Notes under the pieces: model-generated
Told to the model about the DNA's origin: nothing
What the model saw: the letters and a program-made list of their open reading frames with translations, nothing else
Databases searched by the model: none
Source of the DNA: an uncultured virus (IMG/VR IMGVR_UViG_3300030202_002165)
Taxonomy: Duplodnaviria > Heunggongvirae > Uroviricota > Caudoviricetes
Length of the DNA: 29,364 nt
IMG/VR virus record: IMGVR_UViG_3300030202_002165
Reading direction: 5' to 3' (one strand)
Part shown: piece by piece, positions 1 through 9,380 of the stretch
Position numbering within the stretch: position 1 is the first letter of the stretch
Layout of the letters: every line of letters starts with the position of its first letter
Program-made: the position numbers and the translations under genes

Positions 1-2
1 TT

Positions 3-38
3 AAAAATGAAAACTACAAGAATAAATATAATAGATAA
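3..38 (+). CDS. 3' end of an upstream gene (partial)
   Basis: Open frame KNENYKNKYNR* whose TAA (36-38) overlaps the ATG of the next gene (TAATG coupling). Confidence 0.45.
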   Translation, partial: KNENYKNKYNR

Positions 39-3000
39 TGGCGTGTCCAAATAAAAATCATCCAACCTGGAAAAATTTAGTAGCTAAAGTAGGTGAATAT
101 GAAGCTATGTCTTTATATATGCGTAATGATGAAAGCACCCCTAGTATAGGAAGAGATTTAAAAATACCTAAAAGCGGCATAGTTTCATATCAGCAAAAAA
201 TAAATATATTAAAAAGAATAAGGCCGTATAATACTAAATTAGGGACCGGACACAGAGTAAAATTTATTCCTACGGGAGAATCTTATGAAGGAAAAAGAGA
301 ATACACATATGTAATTACAATTGAAGAAAATTGGAAAAGAAATAAAGATAGTCAAATGGCTTTATTTCAAGATAAAGCAGACCAAACAAAAGAACGAAAC
401 GAAAGAATTGAAGATTCAATGAGAGTGTTCTTAGACACTATTGGAGTTGATTATCAAACTGTTGATCAAATTACTGATCGAGACGGAAATGCTTTAGGAT
501 TTGCAGCTAAAGCTGATATGCTTAATAAAGTTGTTGAAGTAGTTGAAGATAAAGCTGGAATTGATACTTTACCAGAAGAGGCTGCGCATTTCTTTGTCAA
601 TATCTTAGAAGCTGAAGGAGACCCTTTATATCTGTCATTGTATAATAATATAGATAAATATAAAGTCTTTGATGAAGTTGTAGAAAATCCAAATTATCAA
701 AATTACTCAGAGGAAATGCAACGTAAGGAAGCTATTGGAAAAGCTATTGCAAAACATATAATAGGAAATGACAGTGATGCAGAATTATCTGATAACTTAT
801 CTAGATTACAAAGGTGGTGGATTAAACTCTTAAACAAAATAAAAAAATTCTTTAATAAAACAGTTGATGATCCATATAGAACAGCTGCTTTGAACATGCT
901 AAATAATGAAGTTAATCAAAATGCTGCAGAATTAATAACTGAAGAGCAAATAGAATTAGGAGATCTATATCAAGATTCTCCGCAGGACAAACAGGCAAAT
1001 GTTAAGAAATTACTTGACGAAACGGAAACAGATTTAGAAATGCGTTTACGAGATAATGAAGAAATAGCAGCTACATCTAAAGCTATACTAGATCTTCCGG
1101 AAGGTAAACAAACTAGTATGTATTACAGCCGTAGTCGAGGATCATTTGTTCAAGGAAGAGTTTCTCACATGGCTCAAGAAAAGCTTATTAAAAAGAAAGG
1201 TAAGCAATGGATGAGAGAAATTAACCAAAGGCCAGTAAATGAACACAAACGTACTCAAGGTACTGTGCATCACTCTACTATGCAAAATTTAGTAGACTTT
1301 TGGAGAGATTATACTGGAGCTAATAAAGAAGCAGAAAATAGACGATTAGAAGCTATAAAAGAAGCTGCTACTAATGTTGAAGGTTTAAAGATAATGACTA
1401 AAGAGCAATTTGCTATCTTATCAACTAATGTTAAGAAAATTATAGGGGAAATTAAGAAACAGCAAAAAGAAATAGATCCTAATGGAAAGGCTGATATACG
1501 ATCAGAAGCAATGTTATATGCTCCTGCAGAAAAAAGAGGGTTATATTATGGGGATACGGCAGGTACAGTAGATTTATTAGCTGTCTTTTCTGACGGCTCG
1601 GCATCTATTTATGACTGGAAATTTATTAGTCCGAGCCAAACAGCTGGATTTGGGCAAAAAAGAATGATAAGAGAAACGCCTTTCAGGTCAAAAGAAGATG
1701 GATATAATATGCAAATAGGAGCATATAAAAATATTCTTCAAAATTTTTACAGAGTAAAGAAAGTTAGACGTACAAGAATAGTTCCAGTACATGTGCAGTA
1801 TAAATGGGTAGGTAAATCAGGAGAGAAAACTATGTCTCCTGTAGTAGACACGCTTAAGATGGCTTACGATTTACAAGTAGAAGACGGTAAATTTGTAGAA
1901 GTAACAGGAGATCCATATTTAAAACAAATACCTGTAGCAGATGAATTAACAGATAAAAAGGGACTAGATAAGATCTTAAATCAAAAAATTCAAGAAAGAG
2001 CTGTTTTAAAAACAAAAATTGAAACAGAAAAAGATGCTCAGAAAAAACAAAAATTAAGAATAAAATTAGAAAAGCGGGATCTAGCAATTAAGGAAATGCA
2101 ACGTTCAGGAGATTTATACAATCTTATAGCGGATGCAGCTGCTACTATAGTAGAATTAGAAGATAGACTGCCTATTACTGATAAAGAGGATGTGAATTAT
2201 ATTCAATTTGATGAATTAGAAGATTTTGTAAGAGATATTTCATCAGGAGTTTTACTAATAGGAGATTCTACTGAATATCTAAAAAATTTAGAAGATAAAG
2301 AGCTTAAAGATAAGTTAGAAGACGTAATGGATAGGTGGGCTAAACCGCTAAATCAAATGTATGACACATTACGAGATTATAGAAGTTTAAGAATTCAAGA
2401 GTTGGGAGAATCTAGAGGTATAAAAGATGTAACTAGGCCTCAAAGAGAATATGGATTTGGTAAATGGTTTGAACAATCTTCTAGTAGTCTACATCCTATA
2501 TTTCAACTCGCAAGAGATCATGTAGAAAGAGCTAATAATGAGGCTCGAATTAAAACAAAAGAAGTTTATGAAGAAATAGAAGTTCTTAGAAATGATATAA
2601 AAGAAAAATCCGGCTTAGGGTTACAAGAAGCTTATGATGTAATGTTTAATACTGAGACTGGTAATTTACATCCTCGTATTACAAAAGAATTTTGGGAAAG
2701 AAAAAAGAAAGCGATTGAGGAAAATGATTCTAATTGGATGAAAAGAAATTATAAATTAAAATCAGACGCACAGAAAAGATATTTAGAAAGACGAAAGAAA
2801 TTTTTTGCTTATGTAGATAGGAATTTTGCAGATTACCAGGCTTTGTATAAAGACCAAAAGTTAGTTACTCCTCGAAAGAGTCAAAAACAGATGCGTGATA
2901 GATTAAAAGCTCAGTGGGAAGCCAAAAATAATATTAAGCAAAACTCTATGTGGACTGGCCCCGAAGCGTATATATATACAGAGTTAAGAGAAGAAACTTT

Positions 3001-5008
3001 AAATGATAATTATTCTAAAGAGTTTAAAACTATAATGAATAATCCTTCTTTATTAGCATTTTATGAGTATTATCAGAAAAAGAATAGAGAATTTAGTGAA
3101 ATAACTAATATGAGATTTGCAGATAATTTTGTAGGAAATATTCATCAAGATATAATTGACTCATTTTCAGAAAATGGATTTGGATTTAAAGATTTGTTAA
3201 CGAAAAGTTTAGAGTCTTTGGAAATGAGGCAAGATGAAATTACTCCGGAATCTGTAGATGAGCACGGAAATCTAATACAAACTATTCCTTTATTATACAC
3301 TACGCCAGGAACGTTAATAGATCCAGCTACAGGAGAAATAAACTTTAGATTAAAGAGTAGAGATTTAGGTAAATCTTTAGTGGCGATGGCAGCAACAGTT
3401 TATAATTACGCAGAAAAATCAAAAATTGAAGCTATTAATCTATCTTTATTAGAATATCTTCAGGACTCTAAAACTGCTATACTACCTACTGATAGTAATG
3501 ATAATTTATTAATGGGGAAAGCTGGTAAGATTATGGAAAAGATAGCACCGTCTGATGCTGCAGATTTCTTTCAAAGGTTATATATTAATTTTGATTTATA
3601 TGGACAACGTATTCAAAGTAAAGATCAAAAATGGTTTGGGAAGTATAGTAGAAAGAAAGTTCTAGGAGGAATGAAAAGCCTTTTTAGTGCGCAGGCGTTA
3701 GGATTTGCCGTTGTACCTGCACTAGCTGCGGGCGTAGTAGGTAAAATCAGTACCTGGATTGAATCTAAAAAAGCAACATCTTTTACCACAAAACAACTTT
3801 TAGCGGCAGAAAAATCTGCAATAACTGATAAAAACAAGTTTAATGCTGTAGTTAACTATTTTGAAATCTGGCAAGAAGATATGACTGCTAGAAGAATGTT
3901 AAAAAGTTCAGCAGGAATTGTGTCAAGATGGGTTAATTTAGATACTTTATTTGCACCTTTTAGAATAGCTGATAATTTTTTAGATAACACAATTTTAAAT
4001 GCAATGATGAGAAATTTTGGCGCAGATGCAAATGGAATGCCTAAACGTCTTAAGTATTTACCAGAAGGCAGTAAATCATTATATGAATTATTTGAAGTGT
4101 CTACAGAAGGTCCGGGCAATGAAGGAACAGTATTTACAGGCTTAAGTAAAGATGGGGAAGTTAGGTTTAGAGAAATGGCTCAACATATTACAGGAGGTAT
4201 AAAAGGAAGTATGCGTTCTGATGATGTAAGTCCTATTGATACTACTTTAATAGGAGATTTAGTAATGCATTTTAAAGGATGGGCTCCAAGATTATTACAA
4301 GAACGATTTGGTAAGTTTAGATATAGTCCTAAAATGGACATGTATGAGTGGGGAAGGTATAAAGTAGCTGCAAGCGAATTTATGGCAGAAAAGGATTTAG
4401 AAAGTAGACTGCAAACAGTAACAAAGACTTTTGCAAAATGGGCGCTTGAGACAGTAACATTTGGAGCTGTAAAAGGGGTAAAAATGAATGAGGAAAATGC
4501 GGAGAAAGAGTATCATAAGTTTAAAATGGAAAATCCAGACGATCCGGATATTCAAAATATGAGTAAAGAGGAATTTTATGATTCAAAAAGAGCACAATTA
4601 AGAGCTATGGCAGCGGAGTTAAAAGGTCTATTTGGAATATTCCTTGCAATATTTGCATTAACAAGAGAGGGAGAGGATGAGAAGCCTATATATACTAAAA
4701 CATGGGCTACAAGAAAATTAATGATGGTAATGATGAAAGCGCAGCTTGAATTAGGGTTTGCATTAAATCCAACAGATTGGACTCAAATGTTCAGAACTCC
4801 AATACCTTTAACAGGCTTGGCAGTAGAACTTCAAAAATCTTTCTTTAATTTTATACAAGAATCAAATGATTTAATTATGGGGAATGATAACCGGAGAGAT
4901 AAAACTCCTTTTGGTTATTACACATTTAGGATGTTGCCAGGATTTAGGCAAGTGTCTAGGATGGGGGAATTTTATGCACAGGATAAGAAAAATCCTTATG
5001 ATAGATAA
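38..5008 (+). CDS. Giant (1656 aa) crAss-like virion/ejection protein with zincin-like and PD-(D/E)XK nuclease-like domains
   Basis: LPEEAAHFF (575-589, HExxH-like) with a downstream E in KEAIGK. GTVDLL...SIYDWK plus QIGAY (~1562-1726) form a PD-(D/E)XK/RecB-type core. The long helical C-terminus has hydrophobic segments. Size and position opposite the replication block fit crAss-like large virion proteins. Confidence 0.75.
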   Translation: MACPNKNHPTWKNLVAKVGEYEAMSLYMRNDESTPSIGRDLKIPKSGIVSYQQKINILKRIRPYNTKLGTGHRVKFIPTGESYEGKREYTYVITIEENWKRNKDSQMALFQDKADQTKERNERIEDSMRVFLDTIGVDYQTVDQITDRDGNALGFAAKADMLNKVVEVVEDKAGIDTLPEEAAHFFVNILEAEGDPLYLSLYNNIDKYKVFDEVVENPNYQNYSEEMQRKEAIGKAIAKHIIGNDSDAELSDNLSRLQRWWIKLLNKIKKFFNKTVDDPYRTAALNMLNNEVNQNAAELITEEQIELGDLYQDSPQDKQANVKKLLDETETDLEMRLRDNEEIAATSKAILDLPEGKQTSMYYSRSRGSFVQGRVSHMAQEKLIKKKGKQWMREINQRPVNEHKRTQGTVHHSTMQNLVDFWRDYTGANKEAENRRLEAIKEAATNVEGLKIMTKEQFAILSTNVKKIIGEIKKQQKEIDPNGKADIRSEAMLYAPAEKRGLYYGDTAGTVDLLAVFSDGSASIYDWKFISPSQTAGFGQKRMIRETPFRSKEDGYNMQIGAYKNILQNFYRVKKVRRTRIVPVHVQYKWVGKSGEKTMSPVVDTLKMAYDLQVEDGKFVEVTGDPYLKQIPVADELTDKKGLDKILNQKIQERAVLKTKIETEKDAQKKQKLRIKLEKRDLAIKEMQRSGDLYNLIADAAATIVELEDRLPITDKEDVNYIQFDELEDFVRDISSGVLLIGDSTEYLKNLEDKELKDKLEDVMDRWAKPLNQMYDTLRDYRSLRIQELGESRGIKDVTRPQREYGFGKWFEQSSSSLHPIFQLARDHVERANNEARIKTKEVYEEIEVLRNDIKEKSGLGLQEAYDVMFNTETGNLHPRITKEFWERKKKAIEENDSNWMKRNYKLKSDAQKRYLERRKKFFAYVDRNFADYQALYKDQKLVTPRKSQKQMRDRLKAQWEAKNNIKQNSMWTGPEAYIYTELREETLNDNYSKEFKTIMNNPSLLAFYEYYQKKNREFSEITNMRFADNFVGNIHQDIIDSFSENGFGFKDLLTKSLESLEMRQDEITPESVDEHGNLIQTIPLLYTTPGTLIDPATGEINFRLKSRDLGKSLVAMAATVYNYAEKSKIEAINLSLLEYLQDSKTAILPTDSNDNLLMGKAGKIMEKIAPSDAADFFQRLYINFDLYGQRIQSKDQKWFGKYSRKKVLGGMKSLFSAQALGFAVVPALAAGVVGKISTWIESKKATSFTTKQLLAAEKSAITDKNKFNAVVNYFEIWQEDMTARRMLKSSAGIVSRWVNLDTLFAPFRIADNFLDNTILNAMMRNFGADANGMPKRLKYLPEGSKSLYELFEVSTEGPGNEGTVFTGLSKDGEVRFREMAQHITGGIKGSMRSDDVSPIDTTLIGDLVMHFKGWAPRLLQERFGKFRYSPKMDMYEWGRYKVAASEFMAEKDLESRLQTVTKTFAKWALETVTFGAVKGVKMNEENAEKEYHKFKMENPDDPDIQNMSKEEFYDSKRAQLRAMAAELKGLFGIFLAIFALTREGEDEKPIYTKTWATRKLMMVMMKAQLELGFALNPTDWTQMFRTPIPLTGLAVELQKSFFNFIQESNDLIMGNDNRRDKTPFGYYTFRMLPGFRQVSRMGEFYAQDKKNPYDR

Positions 5009-5038
5009 GAAAAGGGGCATTAAGCCCCTTTTTCTTTC
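5007..5038. terminator. Bidirectional intrinsic terminator at the convergent gene junction
   Basis: AAGAAAAGGGGC-ATTAA-GCCCCTTTTTCTTT: GC stem flanked by A and T tracts, between the stops at 5008 (+) and 5047 (-). Confidence 0.85.
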
Positions 5039-5046
5039 TATAATGT

Positions 5047-5388
5047 CTACTCTTCACACAGGTAATTACATATATCATATAAACTATATGTTAATGTTAA
5101 TTCTTCACCGGCTTCAATCTTTTTTATAGTTTTCAATTTTTTGTAATCTGTATTTTCATCATCGTCTATTAATTCACAGTTAGCTTCTTCAGAATGATTA
5201 ATAAATCCGCCAAGTGGCGTACGTATATATTCATGCTGAAAATTTGGATCATACACATGGCTAATACCAACTTCAATATCTTTTGGCACATCATCTTGAG
5301 CAAATATACCTGCTCCGTGTATTCCTGAAGGTCCTATAGCTAAATAGTCCGGCAATGGTTTGTAAGGTTTTTTATTTTTCATTTTCAA
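5047..5388 (-). CDS. SET-domain protein (putative protein lysine methyltransferase)
   Basis: SGIHGAGIFA (GxG), GGFINHSEEANC (NHS motif), IEAGEELTLTY (ELxxxY). Confidence 0.85.
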   Translation of the reverse strand: MKMKNKKPYKPLPDYLAIGPSGIHGAGIFAQDDVPKDIEVGISHVYDPNFQHEYIRTPLGGFINHSEEANCELIDDDENTDYKKLKTIKKIEAGEELTLTYSLYDICNYLCEE

Positions 5389-5794
5389 TTTCTTTTTGTA
5401 AATTAGCTAACGCGCGCCAAGCAACCTTTGCAGAATGTCTTAGGCCATCAGTATCTAAACTTCCCGCATCAATTAAATGCCGTGATAAGGCGTCTAATTC
5501 ATCAGTAGATTTATTTCGATCCCAATGTAAAGGCGTTCCAGGATGATGCTGCGCGTTACCTGCTAACGAAACACGTGCTATTTCTTTAATAGCATCAGGA
5601 AAATATTTTAAAACTCCACTGAACACAGGAGTTCTTTTTCTATTTTCTGCTTCTGTATTTGGAAAAGCTTTATTACGCTCTGTATCCCAATAATGTTCAT
5701 TATGGATTGTAGTATCCATAGTTTCATTAGGAATAGTATAACTCTTTCCAAACTCCATACCATCAGGTACAGACATTTTTACTTTCTTTGTCAT
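5372..5794 (-). CDS. dATP/dGTP diphosphohydrolase-like protein (DUF5664 family)
   Basis: YFPDAIKEIARVSLAGNAQH...W...DALSRHL...D.DGLRHSAKVAWRALA matches the DUF5664 pattern as recognised by eye. Confidence 0.75.
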   Translation of the reverse strand: MTKKVKMSVPDGMEFGKSYTIPNETMDTTIHNEHYWDTERNKAFPNTEAENRKRTPVFSGVLKYFPDAIKEIARVSLAGNAQHHPGTPLHWDRNKSTDELDALSRHLIDAGSLDTDGLRHSAKVAWRALANLQKEIENEK

Positions 5795-6522
5795 AGTATA
5801 TATTTTTTAATGTTAAATTCTTCATTTTCTGGAATACTTAAGAGATCAACGTCTCCAATTTCACAGCCTAATAAACTTTCTAGATAAGCTTTACGCTTTT
5901 TACTTTTAAATAAAACTTGTCCTACTAAATCATCTATATCTTTATTATGGAATTCTAATACTTTTAATCTATAAGTACTAGGAAATTTAGAATACTTTCC
6001 TTTTAAAAATAAAGATACTAAATTTTTATATCTTGGACGTATCTGTAAAGTATAGGCAACAAAATCTTCACCTATCTCTTCTCCTTCAATAAATATTTCA
6101 AAAGACTCTAAAGTACTTCTAAATCTATTAAGCAGCGGATCGTTAAGTATTCTATATACTAAAGTTAATGTTCTATCTTCATTTAAATAAGCATTTACAA
6201 AATACTTATTCCATAAAAATAAATTTCTATTACCTCCTAAAAGAGGCATTAAGAAAGTTGCAGTTTTTGTACGAGTAAGCATAGAAATATCGTAATGAAT
6301 TACTTCTCCAGTCTTATATCGCACAATTTCATTAGCTTGATATTTAATACCTTTAACTTTTATAGTATCTCCTTGAGTTAAAAATATTCCTTTTTCTGTC
6401 TCTAAAGAGGTAATATCATCTTGTTGACTAAGATGGGGTATTATTATCTTAGTTCCTCCTACTATTCTAAAACTAATAGCATTTATAGGAGTATAGATTA
6501 GTTTTTTGCATTTTATACCCAT
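5791..6522 (-). CDS. Hypothetical protein (243 aa)
   Basis: Long ORF overlapping both neighbours in the operon; no motif recognised. Confidence 0.7.
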   Translation of the reverse strand: MGIKCKKLIYTPINAISFRIVGGTKIIIPHLSQQDDITSLETEKGIFLTQGDTIKVKGIKYQANEIVRYKTGEVIHYDISMLTRTKTATFLMPLLGGNRNLFLWNKYFVNAYLNEDRTLTLVYRILNDPLLNRFRSTLESFEIFIEGEEIGEDFVAYTLQIRPRYKNLVSLFLKGKYSKFPSTYRLKVLEFHNKDIDDLVGQVLFKSKKRKAYLESLLGCEIGDVDLLSIPENEEFNIKKYIL

Positions 6523-7268
6523 AATTCGTCTTCATTTTTCTTGGTTATTTCAAAAATTTCCAACTCAGGCAGCTCTATTCCAGTTTCTAGTTTTACTTCT
6601 TCAACAGTTTTTAATATATAAATTAACTGGAAAGTCTCCACAAATCTAAGAATTCCTTCATGATTTCCAAACTTTTCTATATATTTATTAACTGTAAAAG
6701 CAGGCATTTCTACTCTTGCAACGTCTTTTAACCAAGATTCAGCAGTTTTAGGCCCTACTTTAGGCAAACCTGGGATTCCATCAGTAGAGTCTCCCATTAG
6801 CACTTGTTTCCATAAAAATTTATCTTTTTCTACCTCATCAACTACTACAGTTTCTGCTTTTCCATAATTATAATGTATTCCTCGATTCTGATATAACACA
6901 TCCTTATCTGGACTACATATTACAGTCGTTCCAAAAGGATCTGTATGATACACAGACACTAAATCATCTGCCTCTAACTCAGAAACAAATTTAAAATTCC
7001 AAGTTTGTTTTAAGTATTCTTTAATTGCTGGGAATATAATTGGTTTATCTCCGTGTTTTCTATTTCCTTTATATTTTCTAGTTTTTGCTCTATTATATCT
7101 AAAACATTTACCACTTGTTAAAAATCCTGCAAAGTGGGTAGCTTTCGTCTCTTCAAACATCTGTCTTAATCTTGAATCAATACCTGCTAAAGCAATTTCT
7201 AAAGAAGGTTTATTCATTTCGTAATAGATTAGACTGTCACCATCTATTAAGGCTATTTTATTTTTCAT
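6513..7268 (-). CDS. 5'-3' exonuclease / flap endonuclease (T7 gp6/FEN-like)
   Basis: LIDGDS, YKGNR, LEADD, SPDKD, and the H3TH motif GDSTDGIPGLPKVGPKTA. Confidence 0.9.
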   Translation of the reverse strand: MKNKIALIDGDSLIYYEMNKPSLEIALAGIDSRLRQMFEETKATHFAGFLTSGKCFRYNRAKTRKYKGNRKHGDKPIIFPAIKEYLKQTWNFKFVSELEADDLVSVYHTDPFGTTVICSPDKDVLYQNRGIHYNYGKAETVVVDEVEKDKFLWKQVLMGDSTDGIPGLPKVGPKTAESWLKDVARVEMPAFTVNKYIEKFGNHEGILRFVETFQLIYILKTVEEVKLETGIELPELEIFEITKKNEDELWV

Positions 7269-7286
7269 ATTTTAAATTTTAAGTTC

Positions 7287-7316
7287 GATATAAGGGGGCA
7301 CAAGGCCCCCTATATC
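7287..7316 (-). terminator. Stem-loop downstream of rIIB (terminator or processing hairpin)
   Basis: GATATA-A-GGGGGC ACAAG GCCCCC-TATATC inverted repeat; the U-tract is weak. Confidence 0.55.
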
Positions 7317-7334
7317 TTACCAATTAAACACTAG

Positions 7335-8501
7335 CTACAGAGCATTAATCTCTGCAACTTCCCTGTCACATTGAGCTTTCTTTTCAGCTTTTTCTTCAAC
7401 CGCTGTAGCCCGCATTTCGTCCCACTCAGCATCAGTCATTGCTGCATAAGTAGAACTATGGTAAATTGAACCGTTCACTCCTGCTAAAGAAGAATGAACA
7501 AAGTACTGCTTACATCTAATAGCGCCGTCTTCATCACAAGGTACTGCACCTATATGCATAGGGTCAATAAATACATTGTGAATCTCACCGCTATACCAAG
7601 AGATATACTTTAAACCGCCTACATGAAGTCCTTTAACACATGATATAGTATCGTTAACGTTAACTTGCTTCCAATCAGCTAGTCTATGAGTACATCCAAC
7701 TTTGATAAAATGTTGAGGACTACTATAGCCATTAGGTCCTTCACAGAAGAAAGCATCTCCACTTGAACCCATAATAGATGGTTCAAATAATCTGTCTTCT
7801 ACATGCTCTGGTAATCCATCACCTTCTATCTCACCAGTGTCAGGATTGAAAGTACGTTTGTATCTATCAACTTGTTCACCGGTTTCTGTGTCATACTTAT
7901 GAAGCACTTCTCTAGAGACTTTGTAACCATTTAGTAATCCCTCATGGGTGATTTTCATTTGGTACATCATTGCTCTTTTAGAAGCTGCTTCATCAGTAAG
8001 ACCTTGCTCTATAAGTTCATCTTTAAACTTTGGGTGCTCATACTGCAAATTAACAAAGTTAAAGAATCTCTCACAGAAATCGTTCCCGTGACCTTGCTTC
8101 ATCTTTCTCCACAAGATTGGGTTACGTAACCATCTAGTCCACATTTTAACAAGAGGCATAAAGTCTAATTCTTTATCTAAAGAATCAAATATTCTATCTA
8201 CTAATGCTTGTGGCATAGGTATTGTTGATACCACTCCATTATGCTTAAGAAAGAATTCTCCTGTAGCTCTGTTAACATGAATGTATTCACATTGTGTTTC
8301 AATGGTTTTAGTATAGTCTACAACACATAAAGGCGCAAACGACTTTAAAATTCTATTGTAGTCTTCCACTGTTTCTACAGTACTAGCTTGACTAGCTAAT
8401 ACTTGCATTTGATCGTACAGCTCTTTACTGTACTCAACTGTGAACGGAGTATCTCCGTATGATCCACAGATTTTGTTTTCTATTACATTTATTGTAATCA
8501 T
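7335..8501 (-). CDS. rIIB: rIIB-like protein
   Basis: C-terminal SCVKGLHVGGLKY...FIDPMHIGAVPCD..GAIRCKQY matches the rIIB conserved block; lies downstream of rIIA. Confidence 0.8.
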   Translation of the reverse strand: MITINVIENKICGSYGDTPFTVEYSKELYDQMQVLASQASTVETVEDYNRILKSFAPLCVVDYTKTIETQCEYIHVNRATGEFFLKHNGVVSTIPMPQALVDRIFDSLDKELDFMPLVKMWTRWLRNPILWRKMKQGHGNDFCERFFNFVNLQYEHPKFKDELIEQGLTDEAASKRAMMYQMKITHEGLLNGYKVSREVLHKYDTETGEQVDRYKRTFNPDTGEIEGDGLPEHVEDRLFEPSIMGSSGDAFFCEGPNGYSSPQHFIKVGCTHRLADWKQVNVNDTISCVKGLHVGGLKYISWYSGEIHNVFIDPMHIGAVPCDEDGAIRCKQYFVHSSLAGVNGSIYHSSTYAAMTDAEWDEMRATAVEEKAEKKAQCDREVAEINAL

Positions 8502-8519
8502 AATTAATAATTTAATTGG

Positions 8520-9380
8520 TTAAAAAATATACCGTATTTTATTCCACGGTATTTTGGAATTGTGTAACTGTTTAAAATCAGCTATAAATTGAGATTTCAT
8601 TCCTAATTTATATCTAACATTTTCTCCACCATACTGAGATTTCTTTATTTCCTGTTTATTTAGGACCCAAAGATCTACTTCAGTAGCAGGATTTTTAGTT
8701 AAGTTAATTGTATGTTTCTTAAAGTTATGAGTCAAGAATATACATTCTGACAACACTTCTTTTTTATAGGATACATGATCATTCATCATATCAAACAACT
8801 CTGAGTAATCATCTAACCACCCATCGTAAACTATAATAGGACTATAATTTACGTGTACGTCATACCCTGCTTCTATAAATGTATTAATAGCTTTTATTCT
8901 ATCTATAATTTTAGAAGTATGAGGCTCGTGTAGATCTGACTTATGTTGAGGCATTAAGCTAAATCTAATACGTATTTTCTTTAGAGGATTAAAGTCTAAC
9001 AACTTAGTATTTACATACTTTGTTGCAAAGCTGCCCATAGCAACAGGGTGATCTCTAAAGAACTCGAAGATTCTTTCCCACTCGTGGTGTTTAGCGTGCA
9101 GCGCAAAGTCCTCATTACAACTAATGTCGTAAGTTGTAAACTCTGCATGCGTTTGATTAGGTTTTTCCACTGGTGTGAAATACGCATGATTATTGACTGA
9201 AGTCAATATATCACCCGTATTCACAGCAATAGATAATCCCTCATCTTTATGGCGTTTCATATAACAGTATGAACAGTTATATAAGCAGCCATAACCAAAA
9301 CTTGGACTTATAAAATCTGTGGATCTACCAGAAGGACGTATTTTAAACGTCTTCCTGGTATCCTTAGTTATGAGTCCCAT
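8520..9380 (-). CDS. Spore photoproduct lyase-like radical SAM protein
   Basis: GCLYNCSYCY (CxxxCxxC), ISCNED (equivalent to the SPL H-donor Cys region), FATK, IRFSLMP, RIKAIN..IEAGY. Confidence 0.85.
   Translation of the reverse strand: MGLITKDTRKTFKIRPSGRSTDFISPSFGYGCLYNCSYCYMKRHKDEGLSIAVNTGDILTSVNNHAYFTPVEKPNQTHAEFTTYDISCNEDFALHAKHHEWERIFEFFRDHPVAMGSFATKYVNTKLLDFNPLKKIRIRFSLMPQHKSDLHEPHTSKIIDRIKAINTFIEAGYDVHVNYSPIIVYDGWLDDYSELFDMMNDHVSYKKEVLSECIFLTHNFKKHTINLTKNPATEVDLWVLNKQEIKKSQYGGENVRYKLGMKSQFIADFKQLHNSKIPWNKIRYIF

Noticed and set aside
703..4119. Short minus-strand ORFs inside the giant gene
   Set aside because: Antisense shadows of a long, well-supported CDS.
7319..7328. ACCAATTAAA copy in + orientation
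   Set aside because: Opposite orientation and not upstream of a credible + gene, so it was not counted in the motif set.
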